A stretch of DNA of 43,192 nt from a virus (lineage: Duplodnaviria > Caudoviricetes). Positions 35,050 through 43,111 of the stretch are shown in pieces. The notes beneath the pieces were generated by a model. The model ran no database searches. It was not told where the DNA came from and was given only the letters and a program-made list of their open reading frames with translations. Positions within the stretch are counted from its first letter, which is position 1; the number at the start of each line of letters is the position of its first letter. The stretch is taken from IMG/VR virus record IMGVR_UViG_3300009095_000027, positions 1-43,192 of that record; one strand, 5' to 3'. Both the position numbers and the translations under genes were made by a program.

Positions 35050-35451
35050 CTAAGCTACCTTGGGTTTTCTCGATGGATGCTTGTTGTGCGCGTCGGCAAG
35101 TGGCTCATCGTCCTCCACTCGCTTAGTGAATTCCGCCTGTACCAGCTCGTAGAACTTCTGGGCGCGACGAGCATGCTCTACATCTGGATGCAGTAGTTCC
35201 CAGACCTCGACGCCGAGTAGGCCGGCAACGACAGCCAGCTTGTCGATAGTGGGATAGCCCGCAAACTTCTCAGTAGTGGTGGGGCGCTGCTTGGGATCGG
35301 TCAAGTTGCGGACGGTCTGCGGAGACACGGCCCCCCTGGATTTCACCGATAGCGCGTTGGGGTTCTTGCAATCCGCGCTGCGCTCCATGAAGTAGCGCAG
35401 ATTGCGCGCTACAACCTGGTTCAAGTCCAGTTTTTTAGGGGGCGAAGTCAT
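35050..35451 (-). CDS. cI: repressor-like XRE protein lacking an S24 peptidase domain (start may be 35463)
   Basis: divergent from cro; VARNLRYFM, VSPQTVRNL, PTIDKLAVVAGLLGVEVWELL. Confidence 0.75.
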   Translation of the reverse strand: MTSPPKKLDLNQVVARNLRYFMERSADCKNPNALSVKSRGAVSPQTVRNLTDPKQRPTTTEKFAGYPTIDKLAVVAGLLGVEVWELLHPDVEHARRAQKFYELVQAEFTKRVEDDEPLADAHNKHPSRKPKVA

Positions 35452-35468
35452 GCGGGGGAGCATAGCGC

Positions 35469-35515
35469 TTGACATGCCAAAAACTTTAGGTCCATAATCG
35501 CTAAAACTTTTGGGA
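35469..35515 (+). promoter_or_regulatory. pR promoter with two operators
   Basis: TTGACA-18nt-CATAAT; CCAAAAACTTTAG in spacer (identical to the pL copy) and TCGCTAAAACTTTTGGGA. Confidence 0.8.
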
Positions 35516-35522
35516 ACAAGCA

Positions 35523-35729
35523 ATGGATGACCCGCTGTTTGTAGAGGTTCAAAGCGGCCTTGCGGCGCAGAAAGGCAACTGGCGCGAGATCGCCGCAGAC
35601 CTGGAGGGCGTCGTTTCCTACGGCTGGATCGCGGCTGTTGGTCGCGGCGAATACAAGTCCGCGCCAACGTATCGACGCTTGCGCGCTGTCGCTGATTACC
35701 TCCGCTCGTTGAAGAAAAAACGCAAGTAG
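35523..35729 (+). CDS. cro: Cro-like protein
   Basis: 68 aa HTH WREIAADL..VSYGWIAAVGRG..PTYRRL; first gene after pR. Confidence 0.78.
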   Translation: MDDPLFVEVQSGLAAQKGNWREIAADLEGVVSYGWIAAVGRGEYKSAPTYRRLRAVADYLRSLKKKRK

Positions 35730-35738
35730 CACTTGGCT

Positions 35739-35764
35739 GGCCGTGTTTAAACGCGGCCTTTTTT
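35739..35764 (+). terminator. tR1-like terminator
   Basis: GGCCGTGT-TTAA-ACGCGGCC plus T-run. Confidence 0.7.
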
Positions 35765-35811
35765 ATCGGCTTTGTTCAATCGTTAACGCAATAGCTAACA
35801 ACGTAAAAAAC

Positions 35812-36174
35812 ATGCAAACGCAGACGAACCGCGAAATACCGCTGCCCTTCGGGGCGATGAACGGCATGCCTTCGCCGGTAGATGACGAGGTTCTAGGGCT
35901 GTGCAAGAGCATGCAGCACGCCCTTGTCCTTAGCTGGCGGTTACGCCGTCGCAAGATCAGCCAAGCAGAGGCAGCAGGCGAGTTAGGCATGCACGCGCCG
36001 GTGTTCTCTAACGTGCTGCGTGGCATTCGTCATTTGCCCGCAAACATGTACCCGAAGTTCATGGAGCTAACCGGCAATACGCTGTTGCTCCAATTCCTCG
36101 CGCAAGAGATGGGCAAGCGCGTGGAGTACGACGAAGTAGCTACAGCTAAGTGGATTCTGAAGCGCGCCGCATGA
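35812..36174 (+). CDS. CII-position HTH regulator
   Basis: ISQAEAAGELGMHAPVFSNVLRG, GNTLLLQFLA. Confidence 0.7.
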   Translation: MQTQTNREIPLPFGAMNGMPSPVDDEVLGLCKSMQHALVLSWRLRRRKISQAEAAGELGMHAPVFSNVLRGIRHLPANMYPKFMELTGNTLLLQFLAQEMGKRVEYDEVATAKWILKRAA

Positions 36175-36371
36175 CAGCCGTTGTCCACATAGACGACGCA
36201 ATACGAGAGCGCGAACTATCGCGCCTGATGCAGAGAATTACGGAAGCGCAGGACCGCGAAACACGCCAAGTCCTGTGGGGTGAGTTTAAGCGCCTGCACG
36301 CTGAAAGATCGGCGGGGCAGGTTCAAGCGATGGAAAGAGGGTGGGCCAGTAATGCCGAACAGGATTCTTAA
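36171..36371 (+). CDS. hypothetical protein
   Basis: ATGA-coupled to upstream gene. Confidence 0.55.
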   Translation: MTAVVHIDDAIRERELSRLMQRITEAQDRETRQVLWGEFKRLHAERSAGQVQAMERGWASNAEQDS

Positions 36372-37008
36372 AGAGTCGGTTTGCACGTCAGAGCAGATCG
36401 ACGCCCTGACGCCCGAGCAAGAGGTTTTCTTCTACCGCCTGATTACAGCGTGCGACGACTTTGGGTTGATGGATGCTCGCCCGAAGATACTTGCTAGCCG
36501 TTGCTATCCGTTGAAATCAATTGATAGCAAGTGCATTCAAGAGATGTTGGCTGCTTTGCAGGTGCAAGGGCTTGTAATCCTCTACGAAGTGGATGGAAGA
36601 CCGTTTTTGAAGATGACTGGATGGGAAAAACATCAACAAATCAGGGCTAAACGGGCGAAATACCCCACCCCTGAGCAGGGACGTGAAATCACTTGCAATC
36701 AAGTGCAATCAAATGTCCCCGTAATCCAATCCAATCCAATCCAATCCAATGACGAACCCCCCGAGCCTGTCGGCTCGGCATCGAGTTCTGACGATCCAAG
36801 AAAGCGCCTATTCGATCTAGGCGTTCAAATCCTCACATCGCACGGCGACAAGGAATCCACTGCGCGCGGTTTCATCGCCAAGCACGCGAAATCCGACGAG
36901 AACAAGTTGGCCGAAGTCCTGGGCTACTTGGCGGCAAACCCGAAGGTCGAGCCGAAAAGCTACATCGCGGCGTCCATGAAACCCAAGGAGCGGAGGGTGC
37001 AGTTTTGA
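36352..37008 (+). CDS. replication initiator (replisome organiser-like)
   Basis: MPNRILKES, RLITACDDFG, WEKHQ; internal repeats. Confidence 0.75.
   Translation: MPNRILKESVCTSEQIDALTPEQEVFFYRLITACDDFGLMDARPKILASRCYPLKSIDSKCIQEMLAALQVQGLVILYEVDGRPFLKMTGWEKHQQIRAKRAKYPTPEQGREITCNQVQSNVPVIQSNPIQSNDEPPEPVGSASSSDDPRKRLFDLGVQILTSHGDKESTARGFIAKHAKSDENKLAEVLGYLAANPKVEPKSYIAASMKPKERRVQF
36688..36750. repeat. putative origin iterons within the initiator gene
   Basis: ATCACTTGCA-ATCAAGTGCA-ATCAAATG then (AATCC)x5. Confidence 0.6.
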
Positions 37009-37082
37009 GAAGCGCGCTTTGGGCTTTGGCGTACTGGTGGGCTGAGCGACGACATTGGCGAAACGGGAAGTGGAAAGAATGA
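37005..37082 (+). CDS. 25-aa Trp-rich coupling mini-ORF
   Basis: GGAGG RBS; TTG overlaps upstream TGA, its TGA overlaps primase ATG. Confidence 0.4.
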   Translation: MRSALWALAYWWAERRHWRNGKWKE

Positions 37083-38800
37083 AAACGCTAGCGGATTACG
37101 GAATCGACGTTGGAGGGCGTAGCGGGGTAGAGGTCAAGACGACCTGCCCGCAGTGCTCCGCATCGCGCAAGAAGTCGCGCTACCCCTGTTTAAACGTGAA
37201 TACGGAAAAGGGCGTCTGGCACTGCTGGCACTGCGGCTGGACGGGCGGGCTTGCAAAGGGCGTGGAGCACCGCCCGCAAATCCGCAAGACGTATCGCAAG
37301 CCGGATTATGTGGCGAAGTCCAGTGGCCTGCCTCAGTCGGTTGTCGAGTGGTTTGAATCGCGCGGCATCACGGAGCCGGTGTTGCGCCGCAATCAGATCG
37401 GCGCGGCGAAGGTGTACTTCCCCCAGGTCGAGGAAGAGCGGGCCTGCGTGTCCTACCCCTACTTGCGTGGCACTGACGTTGTGAACGTGAAGTATCGGAC
37501 GCGCGACAAGCTGTTCCGCATGGAGTCCGGCTGCGAGCGTGTGCTGTACGGGCTGAACGACATTGCGACGACGCTTGTATGGGTTGAAGGCGAGATGGAC
37601 AAGCTCTCGCTTGAGGTCGCCGGGTTTGTGTCCTGCGTATCGGTCCCGGATGGAGCGCCGACGCCTGAGACGAAGAACTACGAAAGCAAGTTTGAGTTCA
37701 TGTGCGCGCAGGAGCTTGAACGGGCGACGACGCACATCATCGCCGTGGATAACGATGCGCCGGGGCTTCGCTTGCGGGAAGAGTTGGTTCGCCGACTCGG
37801 CCCTGAGAACTGCTTGGTCGCCGATTGGCCGGACGGCTGTAAGGACGCCAATGATGTGCTGGTTAATCACGGCCCCGATGTGCTGGCGCAGTGCATCAAG
37901 GACGCGAAGCCGCTGCCGATCCAAGGCGCGTATGAGGTCCAGGACTACGCCGACGATTTGCGCAAGCTCTACGAACACGGCACGCCGCGCGGCTTCTCTA
38001 CCGGCTGGCCTAGCGTGGACGAGTGCTACACGGTTCGCCCCGGCGATTTAACGATTGTCACGGGCATTCCTAACTCAGGAAAGTCGGAGTGGATTGATGC
38101 GCTGTTTGTGAATCTGGCGCGCAACCAGGGCTGGACGTTTGGCGTGTTCTCCCCGGAAAACCATCCCGTCCCGGAGCACATCAAGAAGATCGCCGAGAAG
38201 TACATCGGCAAGCCCTTTGAGCCGGGCTTTAACGAGCGCATGACGGCGAGCGAGTGGGATACCGCGCAGTCGTGGATGAATCGGCACTTCATCTTCACGG
38301 AGCCGGAAGAGCCGTCGCTAGACGCGATCCTTGATATTGCGCGGCAGCTTGTGAAGCGAAAGGGCATTCGCGGATTCGTTATTGATCCGTGGAACGAGGT
38401 GGAACACGCCTGCCCCGAGCACATGAGCGAGACGAACTACATCTCAATGGCGCTCGCAAAGATTCGCCGCTTTGGCCGCAATCATGGCGTGGCGACCTTC
38501 GTTGTTGCTCATCCGACAAAGCTCTCGAAAGACCGCGATGGAAACTACCCGGTGCCAACGCCTTACGACATTTCCGGCTCTGCGAACTGGCGCAACAAGG
38601 CCGACAACTGCATCACGGTATGGCGCGACCTCAACCCGGAGGCACGTAACGCCCCGGTCGAGATTCACATTCAGAAGGTACGACACAAGGTGGTCGGGCG
38701 CATCGGCATGGCGCAACTGCGCTACGACCGAGTCTCAGGGCGTTATTTCGAGATGCCGCACGCGGTCGAAAAGTACGCGAGCAAATACGCGGAGGAATGA
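37079..38800 (+). CDS. fused primase-helicase (T7 gp4/Twinkle-type architecture)
   Basis: Zn finger CPQC..CWHC, Toprim EGEMD and DND, KDAND, Walker A GIPNSGKS, VIDP, VAHP, ISGS. Confidence 0.92.
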   Translation: MKTLADYGIDVGGRSGVEVKTTCPQCSASRKKSRYPCLNVNTEKGVWHCWHCGWTGGLAKGVEHRPQIRKTYRKPDYVAKSSGLPQSVVEWFESRGITEPVLRRNQIGAAKVYFPQVEEERACVSYPYLRGTDVVNVKYRTRDKLFRMESGCERVLYGLNDIATTLVWVEGEMDKLSLEVAGFVSCVSVPDGAPTPETKNYESKFEFMCAQELERATTHIIAVDNDAPGLRLREELVRRLGPENCLVADWPDGCKDANDVLVNHGPDVLAQCIKDAKPLPIQGAYEVQDYADDLRKLYEHGTPRGFSTGWPSVDECYTVRPGDLTIVTGIPNSGKSEWIDALFVNLARNQGWTFGVFSPENHPVPEHIKKIAEKYIGKPFEPGFNERMTASEWDTAQSWMNRHFIFTEPEEPSLDAILDIARQLVKRKGIRGFVIDPWNEVEHACPEHMSETNYISMALAKIRRFGRNHGVATFVVAHPTKLSKDRDGNYPVPTPYDISGSANWRNKADNCITVWRDLNPEARNAPVEIHIQKVRHKVVGRIGMAQLRYDRVSGRYFEMPHAVEKYASKYAEE

Positions 38801-39531
38801 TGGAACAGGCAAACGGCTATGCCGCGCCTTATTGGCAGGAGGGGGAGGTGAGAAAAGAGGTAATCGGCAACGCAACGCTTTACCTTGGCGACTGCCTGGA
38901 AATTATGGCGAGAATCCCGGCGGGGAGCGTGGGCGCTGTGATTACGGACCCGCCATACAGCACGCCCACGGTCGCCAGCTTCGGGCGAAAGATGGTTAGG
39001 CGCCTGTCCGACCTAGCGATTCAGGAGTTCTATTTTTCAGAGGTGAAGGAACGCATAGCGCGATGCATGAAAGAGGACGCACCCCTGCTTGCGTTTTGCG
39101 ATGACGCCTATTACGCGGTTCTCTTTAGCTTGTTCTACGACTGGCAACAAACAAACCTTTTGGTTTGGGATAAAGGAAGAATTGGCATGGGGAATCCGTT
39201 TCGCAGGCAGCACGAGCTGATCTTCTACGCGAACCGTGCGAGCCTCCAGTTACAGGATGAGGCGTCCCATCTTCCGACCATCTTGAAGGCCGGAATCAAT
39301 AAAGAGTTCCACGGTGCGGAGAAGCCAGTTGGGCTAATTGAAAGGCTGATAAGCGGACTGCTGCCCAAGGACGCCACTGTTCTCGACCCGTTTATGGGAA
39401 GCGCATCAACAGGCGTCGCGGCGCTGTCTTCCGGCAGGAAGTTCGTCGGGTGCGAGCTAGACCCAGCCTACTTTGATGTGGCTTGCAGGCGAATAGAGGA
39501 TTTCCAGCGCCAGGGGAGGTTGATCGCATGA
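38797..39531 (+). CDS. DNA N4/N6 methyltransferase (beta class)
   Basis: TDPPY motif IV before DPFMGSAST motif I; H..EKP. Confidence 0.92.
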   Translation: MMEQANGYAAPYWQEGEVRKEVIGNATLYLGDCLEIMARIPAGSVGAVITDPPYSTPTVASFGRKMVRRLSDLAIQEFYFSEVKERIARCMKEDAPLLAFCDDAYYAVLFSLFYDWQQTNLLVWDKGRIGMGNPFRRQHELIFYANRASLQLQDEASHLPTILKAGINKEFHGAEKPVGLIERLISGLLPKDATVLDPFMGSASTGVAALSSGRKFVGCELDPAYFDVACRRIEDFQRQGRLIA

Positions 39532-39752
39532 TCCACCGCCGCCAAGTACACGAAGCAATCCTGGCGATGTGGAGACAAGCCAAGGAGCGGGGTGAGGTGA
39601 AAGACGCACTGAGCCTACCGAAAGACGAGCGCAGGAAGGCAATGCCGAAGATGGCCGATAGCGTGGCGCTGTGGATACGCGAGTTTGATTCGCCGCAGTG
39701 TGAGGTTTACGAGAACGGACACGGAATGTTGTGGAGGCGGGGGAAGAAGTGA
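39528..39752 (+). CDS. hypothetical protein
   Basis: GGAGGT RBS; ATGA coupling. Confidence 0.55.
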   Translation: MIHRRQVHEAILAMWRQAKERGEVKDALSLPKDERRKAMPKMADSVALWIREFDSPQCEVYENGHGMLWRRGKK

Positions 39753-39937
39753 GGAAGGATTGGACGGCGCAGGAAAAGCAGTACTTGGCAGCGAACCATG
39801 CGGAAAAGACGAACGCAGAGCTAGCGGTAGAACTGAAGAAAACGAAGGCGGCAATTGCGGCGATGGCTCATGACATGGGCCTGCGAAAGACCAAGGAGCA
39901 CAAGGTGCGTGCGTGGCGGAAAGCGAGGGGATTGTGA
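39749..39937 (+). CDS. Myb/SANT-like small DNA-binding protein
   Basis: WTAQEKQYL..AELAVEL.KT..AI...A..MGLRK. Confidence 0.6.
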   Translation: MRKDWTAQEKQYLAANHAEKTNAELAVELKKTKAAIAAMAHDMGLRKTKEHKVRAWRKARGL

Positions 39938-39987
39938 CGTTGGAACGCCTGTTCGCGCATTTAACGGAGCAATTCGGAGAGGCGAAA

Positions 39988-40136
39988 TGATCAAGGGTAT
40001 TCGTAACGCATTCCACACGACTCACAAGCTCCTGTCTGCGTTTGCTGGTGCTGTGTTGGGCCTTGCAATCCTGATTGGCTCGCTGTGGCGTTTCTGGCTG
40101 TCTGCTGCGGCGCTCAAATACCTGTGGGGGTGGTGA
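39988..40136 (+). CDS. small membrane protein
   Basis: GGAGAGG RBS; hydrophobic AFAGAVLGLAILIGSLW. Confidence 0.5.
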
Positions 40137-40412
40137 GTGAGCGCAGCAAGCCGTCGCCACATTGGAAGGGTTAAGGAGTTGCCGTGCAGCGTTTGCGGCG
40201 AACCTGGCCCGTCTGATGCCCACCACATCCTAGAGGGCAGAACGCCTAACCGGAAGTCGCCCGATTGGCTGGTGATACCGCTTTGCAAAGACTGCCACCA
40301 GGGCGCGCTTAACGGCATCCACGGTCAGCGGCGCATGTGGGACGTGATGAAGGCGACGGAGTTGGGGTGCTTGGCTGACACGCTGGAAACGCTTTACGGG
40401 AGCGCGAAATGA
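40137..40412 (+). CDS. DUF968/Ref-like HNH-related zinc-binding protein
   Basis: CSVC..AHHI..PLCKDCHQG. Confidence 0.75.
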   Translation: MSAASRRHIGRVKELPCSVCGEPGPSDAHHILEGRTPNRKSPDWLVIPLCKDCHQGALNGIHGQRRMWDVMKATELGCLADTLETLYGSAK

Positions 40413-40582
40413 ACGACTGCGACCACGACGACGCCGATAAGGTGGACGTATGCAAGAACGGCGCTTTGACTTGGCGCACCTACCGCTGCGTGTGTGGCGA
40501 GCTATTCCGAACGGTAGAGGTGCCGGTAAACGAGGCTGACATGGTCGAGATTGAGCGGATTGCAGCGGAGTGGGTGCAGTGA
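40409..40582 (+). CDS. small zinc-ribbon protein (57 aa, not in ORF track)
   Basis: C.H...RTYRCVCGELFRTVEV; coupled on both sides. Confidence 0.55.
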   Translation: MNDCDHDDADKVDVCKNGALTWRTYRCVCGELFRTVEVPVNEADMVEIERIAAEWVQ

Positions 40583-40914
40583 AGTGTCCGGCCTGTGGCT
40601 ATCGAGACGACCGGCGCTCGCTGGATCAGAACGCAATGCTTCACGCGGCCCTGTCCGATATTGCCCGGCAAGTGGAATGGCACGGCCAGCGGTTCAGCGT
40701 GGACGTATGGAAGCGGCTCTGCACGGCGGCATGGCTGAGAGAGGAAAAGCAGTCGCCGATAATGGTTCCGTCATTGGATGGCGCAGGGGTGGACGTGATT
40801 TACGAGCGAACTTCGCGGCTGACCAAGTCGCAATGCTCGCGGCTGTTGGAATGGGTGCTCGCGTTCGGGAGCGAGCAGGGCGTGGTGTGGTCTGAGGAAC
40901 GGAGGGCGGTATGA
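40579..40914 (+). CDS. ninB: NinB-family recombination protein
   Basis: RSLDQNAMLHA.L.DIARQVEW.G, TSRLTK, FGSEQGV.WS. Confidence 0.88.
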   Translation: MKCPACGYRDDRRSLDQNAMLHAALSDIARQVEWHGQRFSVDVWKRLCTAAWLREEKQSPIMVPSLDGAGVDVIYERTSRLTKSQCSRLLEWVLAFGSEQGVVWSEERRAV

Positions 40915-41225
40915 GCGCATCACAACGACGCAAAGGGGCGGGCTACGAAAACGAGCTATGCCGCTACTTCACAGCAGAGCTAGGCATGAAGATAAGCCGG
41001 AACCTTGACCAATGCCGAGACGGCGGAAACGACATCAACGTAGGCCCGTTCCGGTTTGAGGCAAAGCGGCGCAAGAGCATTGCCGTGTATGCGTGGATGG
41101 ATCAGGCCGTAGAGGCGTCAGCACCGGGAGAAAAGCCCGCAGTGCTGTGCAGGGGAGACGGGCGGGAAACGCTGGTGATTATGCGGCTGAAGGACTTCAT
41201 GCCGCTGCTTAGGGGTGAGCTATGA
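40911..41225 (+). CDS. PD-(D/E)XK Holliday junction resolvase-like protein
   Basis: RKGAGYENE, D, FEAKRR. Confidence 0.75.
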   Translation: MSASQRRKGAGYENELCRYFTAELGMKISRNLDQCRDGGNDINVGPFRFEAKRRKSIAVYAWMDQAVEASAPGEKPAVLCRGDGRETLVIMRLKDFMPLLRGEL

Positions 41226-41386
41226 ACTTGAGAGGCAGAAGGGCGAAAGCAAAGGTGCGTGGGACTCGTCCTGCATGGATTATCCGCTCATGGGAGCGCA
41301 GGACGCACGTCAAGTGGCTCAACGAAATGCGAGAGACGCTTGATCGGTTGCGCAAAGCCTTTCCCGGAGAACTGCACGTTGGGTAA
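41222..41386 (+). CDS. small basic hypothetical protein
   Basis: ATGA-coupled 54-aa ORF. Confidence 0.35.
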   Translation: MNLRGRRAKAKVRGTRPAWIIRSWERRTHVKWLNEMRETLDRLRKAFPGELHVG

Positions 41387-41439
41387 AGGGGTTCGGGGAA
41401 GAGGGGTTTCCCCGGAACTTCGACCGATGAGCATCGAAG

Positions 41440-41784
41440 GTGAAACCGGAGAAGCGAATTATTGTCACTGTATGGACGTACAGCATGCCAAACATTGACC
41501 AAGATCAAGGTTCATCAGGAAAGAGAAGTACTTTACCGAAACGGTCTTGTCGCGTGAATTGGCCGGGAGTCGTGAAGTTCTTGCGGGATCACTATGGTTC
41601 GTTGCCGGATGTGTCAGCGGCCATTTCTGCAAGGCTTGGGCGGCAGGTAAGTAGGCACCGCTTGCAGGCGATGCTTGGCAAGGGATGGCAGCCGCATTGG
41701 CAGCCGGTGTGGGACGTGGGCGACGAGCTTTTGGCTATGCAACGGGAGGCAGAGGAAAAGCATGACACTGAACGAGCGGCTTGA
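41440..41784 (+). CDS. hypothetical HTH-like protein (start uncertain)
   Basis: VNWPGVVKFL...PVWDVGDELLAM resembles 31427-31654. Confidence 0.45.
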   Translation: MKPEKRIIVTVWTYSMPNIDQDQGSSGKRSTLPKRSCRVNWPGVVKFLRDHYGSLPDVSAAISARLGRQVSRHRLQAMLGKGWQPHWQPVWDVGDELLAMQREAEEKHDTERAA

Positions 41785-42223
41785 GAATTGGGGGCGTTGG
41801 GCGAGGGATCGCCGTCGCTACAACCATTGTGGCTCTGTGGAGCATAAGTACCGCAGCCCGCAGACTTGGCACCCGCCGCAGCCGAAAGTGCCTGTTGACG
41901 TGCTGGATGCGCAGTTCATCCAAGACCTGATCGCCTGGGCCGTAGATCAGCGCGTGATGACTCCAAGCCACAGCAAGGCGCTCAAGTACGCCTTCATTGA
42001 GCCGGGATACAACCGCTGGAAGGCGGCGACTAAGTGTGGCGTGTACACACCGAAGCGCCTTGAATGGCTCATTCACGAAAGTAAAGTACTTCTCTGCAAT
42101 CTACTGGAACTTCGTACAGGTGTACGATATCCTACTCGGGACAATTTGCGAGACGGACGCTTCTTAGCGCAACCGGACTTCCGCCCGATGGGAGGGGCGG
42201 CTGTTGCCGCGAAATCTGTTTAG
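41762..42223 (+). CDS. Q-like late antiterminator
   Basis: LNERLENWGRWAR, VDVLDA; last gene of early-right operon. Confidence 0.6.
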   Translation: MTLNERLENWGRWARDRRRYNHCGSVEHKYRSPQTWHPPQPKVPVDVLDAQFIQDLIAWAVDQRVMTPSHSKALKYAFIEPGYNRWKAATKCGVYTPKRLEWLIHESKVLLCNLLELRTGVRYPTRDNLRDGRFLAQPDFRPMGGAAVAAKSV

Positions 42224-42236
42224 CAAAACCAAGAAG

Positions 42237-42474
42237 AAAGCCGCTTGTACGCGGGGCAACACTGGCAGTATTGAACGTCCTGCTGGTGGCAAGCGGTTTT
42301 ACTTGCTGGGGCTAAGACGCATAGCGATTAGGGGCCGCGAGACAGGAGTGACAACCCGTAAAGCCGGGCCTGCCTGCCTCTGAGGGTCTTGAACCGAACG
42401 CACTAGTCGCTAGTCGTGTTGGTGCGAGCAGCTTCGTTGTTTTGCTTTCTTCCCTCCTTGGCGTGGAGACACGC
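42237..42474 (+). ncRNA. candidate structured RNA after Q-like gene
   Basis: several long complementary segments in a non-coding gap. Confidence 0.4.
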
Positions 42475-42477
42475 TTT

Positions 42478-42508
42478 AGAGCCACCTTCGGGTGGCTTTT
42501 CTTTTTTT
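42478..42508 (+). terminator. intrinsic terminator (tR'-like)
   Basis: AGAGCCACC-TTCG-GGTGGCTTT plus long T-run. Confidence 0.8.
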
Positions 42509-42531
42509 GTGACTTCTTGCTGAGAGTGCAC

Positions 42532-42675
42532 ATGGTCCGTTGTTCCGGCTGCGCCAAGCGGCGAGAGGCAATTAAACGGCGAGCGAGACAGGCATGGGAT
42601 CGAGTGAACAAGCGGCTGGGCAGAGATCGCCCGTATCCGAAATGGATGCAACCGTCCAAGCCCTCAACCGAATAG
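42532..42675 (+). CDS. small CxxC basic protein
   Basis: MVRCSGCAKRREAIKRR. Confidence 0.45.
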   Translation: MVRCSGCAKRREAIKRRARQAWDRVNKRLGRDRPYPKWMQPSKPSTE

Positions 42676-42782
42676 CAGACGCAATAGTGCTACTGGCCCG
42701 TGCTACTGCGGGCGAGTTCGATGAGCAGCCTGAGGGTGTGGAGCATGTCGCCACGGACATGGCAGGAAGGTCGATCCGATAG
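42642..42782 (+). CDS. hypothetical protein
   Basis: stop overlaps HNH start. Confidence 0.45.
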   Translation: MDATVQALNRIADAIVLLARATAGEFDEQPEGVEHVATDMAGRSIR

Positions 42783-43099
42783 TGAGCCGCTGGGGCAAGG
42801 GCAGAGGCGGTCGGCCGTGGCGTCGTCTGGTCGATGCAGTAGCACGCCGGGATCAATACACCTGTCAAGCATGTGGCCGCGTTACCGTTGAGGGCGACTG
42901 CGATCACATCGTGCCCGAGTGGAAGGGCGGCAAGTCGATCATGAGCAACCTGCAGTGGCTATGCCGCGTGCCATGCCACGCAGACAAGACGGCGCGAGAG
43001 TCAGCGGAGGCGCAGGGACGGAAGGTCAAGGCGCGAATCGGTGTCGATGGCTGGCCTAGTGATGTGGACAGGCCAGGGGGGGTAGGCGCACAAAAATGA
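42782..43099 (+). CDS. HNH endonuclease (HK97 gp74-like, terminase-associated)
   Basis: RDQYTCQACG, DHIVP..GG...NLQWLC..CH..KT; immediately upstream of terS in the circular map. Confidence 0.9.
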   Translation: MSRWGKGRGGRPWRRLVDAVARRDQYTCQACGRVTVEGDCDHIVPEWKGGKSIMSNLQWLCRVPCHADKTARESAEAQGRKVKARIGVDGWPSDVDRPGGVGAQK

Positions 43100-43111
43100 G
43101 CGACCCCACGG

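Noticed and set aside
34940-35052. TTGACA and small hairpins/palindromes downstream of the repressor
   Set aside because: No properly spaced -10 and no recurrence elsewhere; insufficient support.
35464-35667. Long N-terminal extension of the repressor
   Set aside because: Overlaps cro and the pR/operator region.
36723-36750. (AATCC)5 as CRISPR or contingency locus
   Set aside because: No spacers or cas genes; better explained as part of the origin/linker in the initiator, although slippage cannot be excluded.
38797-39531. Restriction-modification system
   Set aside because: No adjacent endonuclease; an orphan methylase is common in this position.
42300-42430. tRNA gene after Q
   Set aside because: No T-loop GTTCRA or cloverleaf recognised; kept only as a generic structured RNA candidate.
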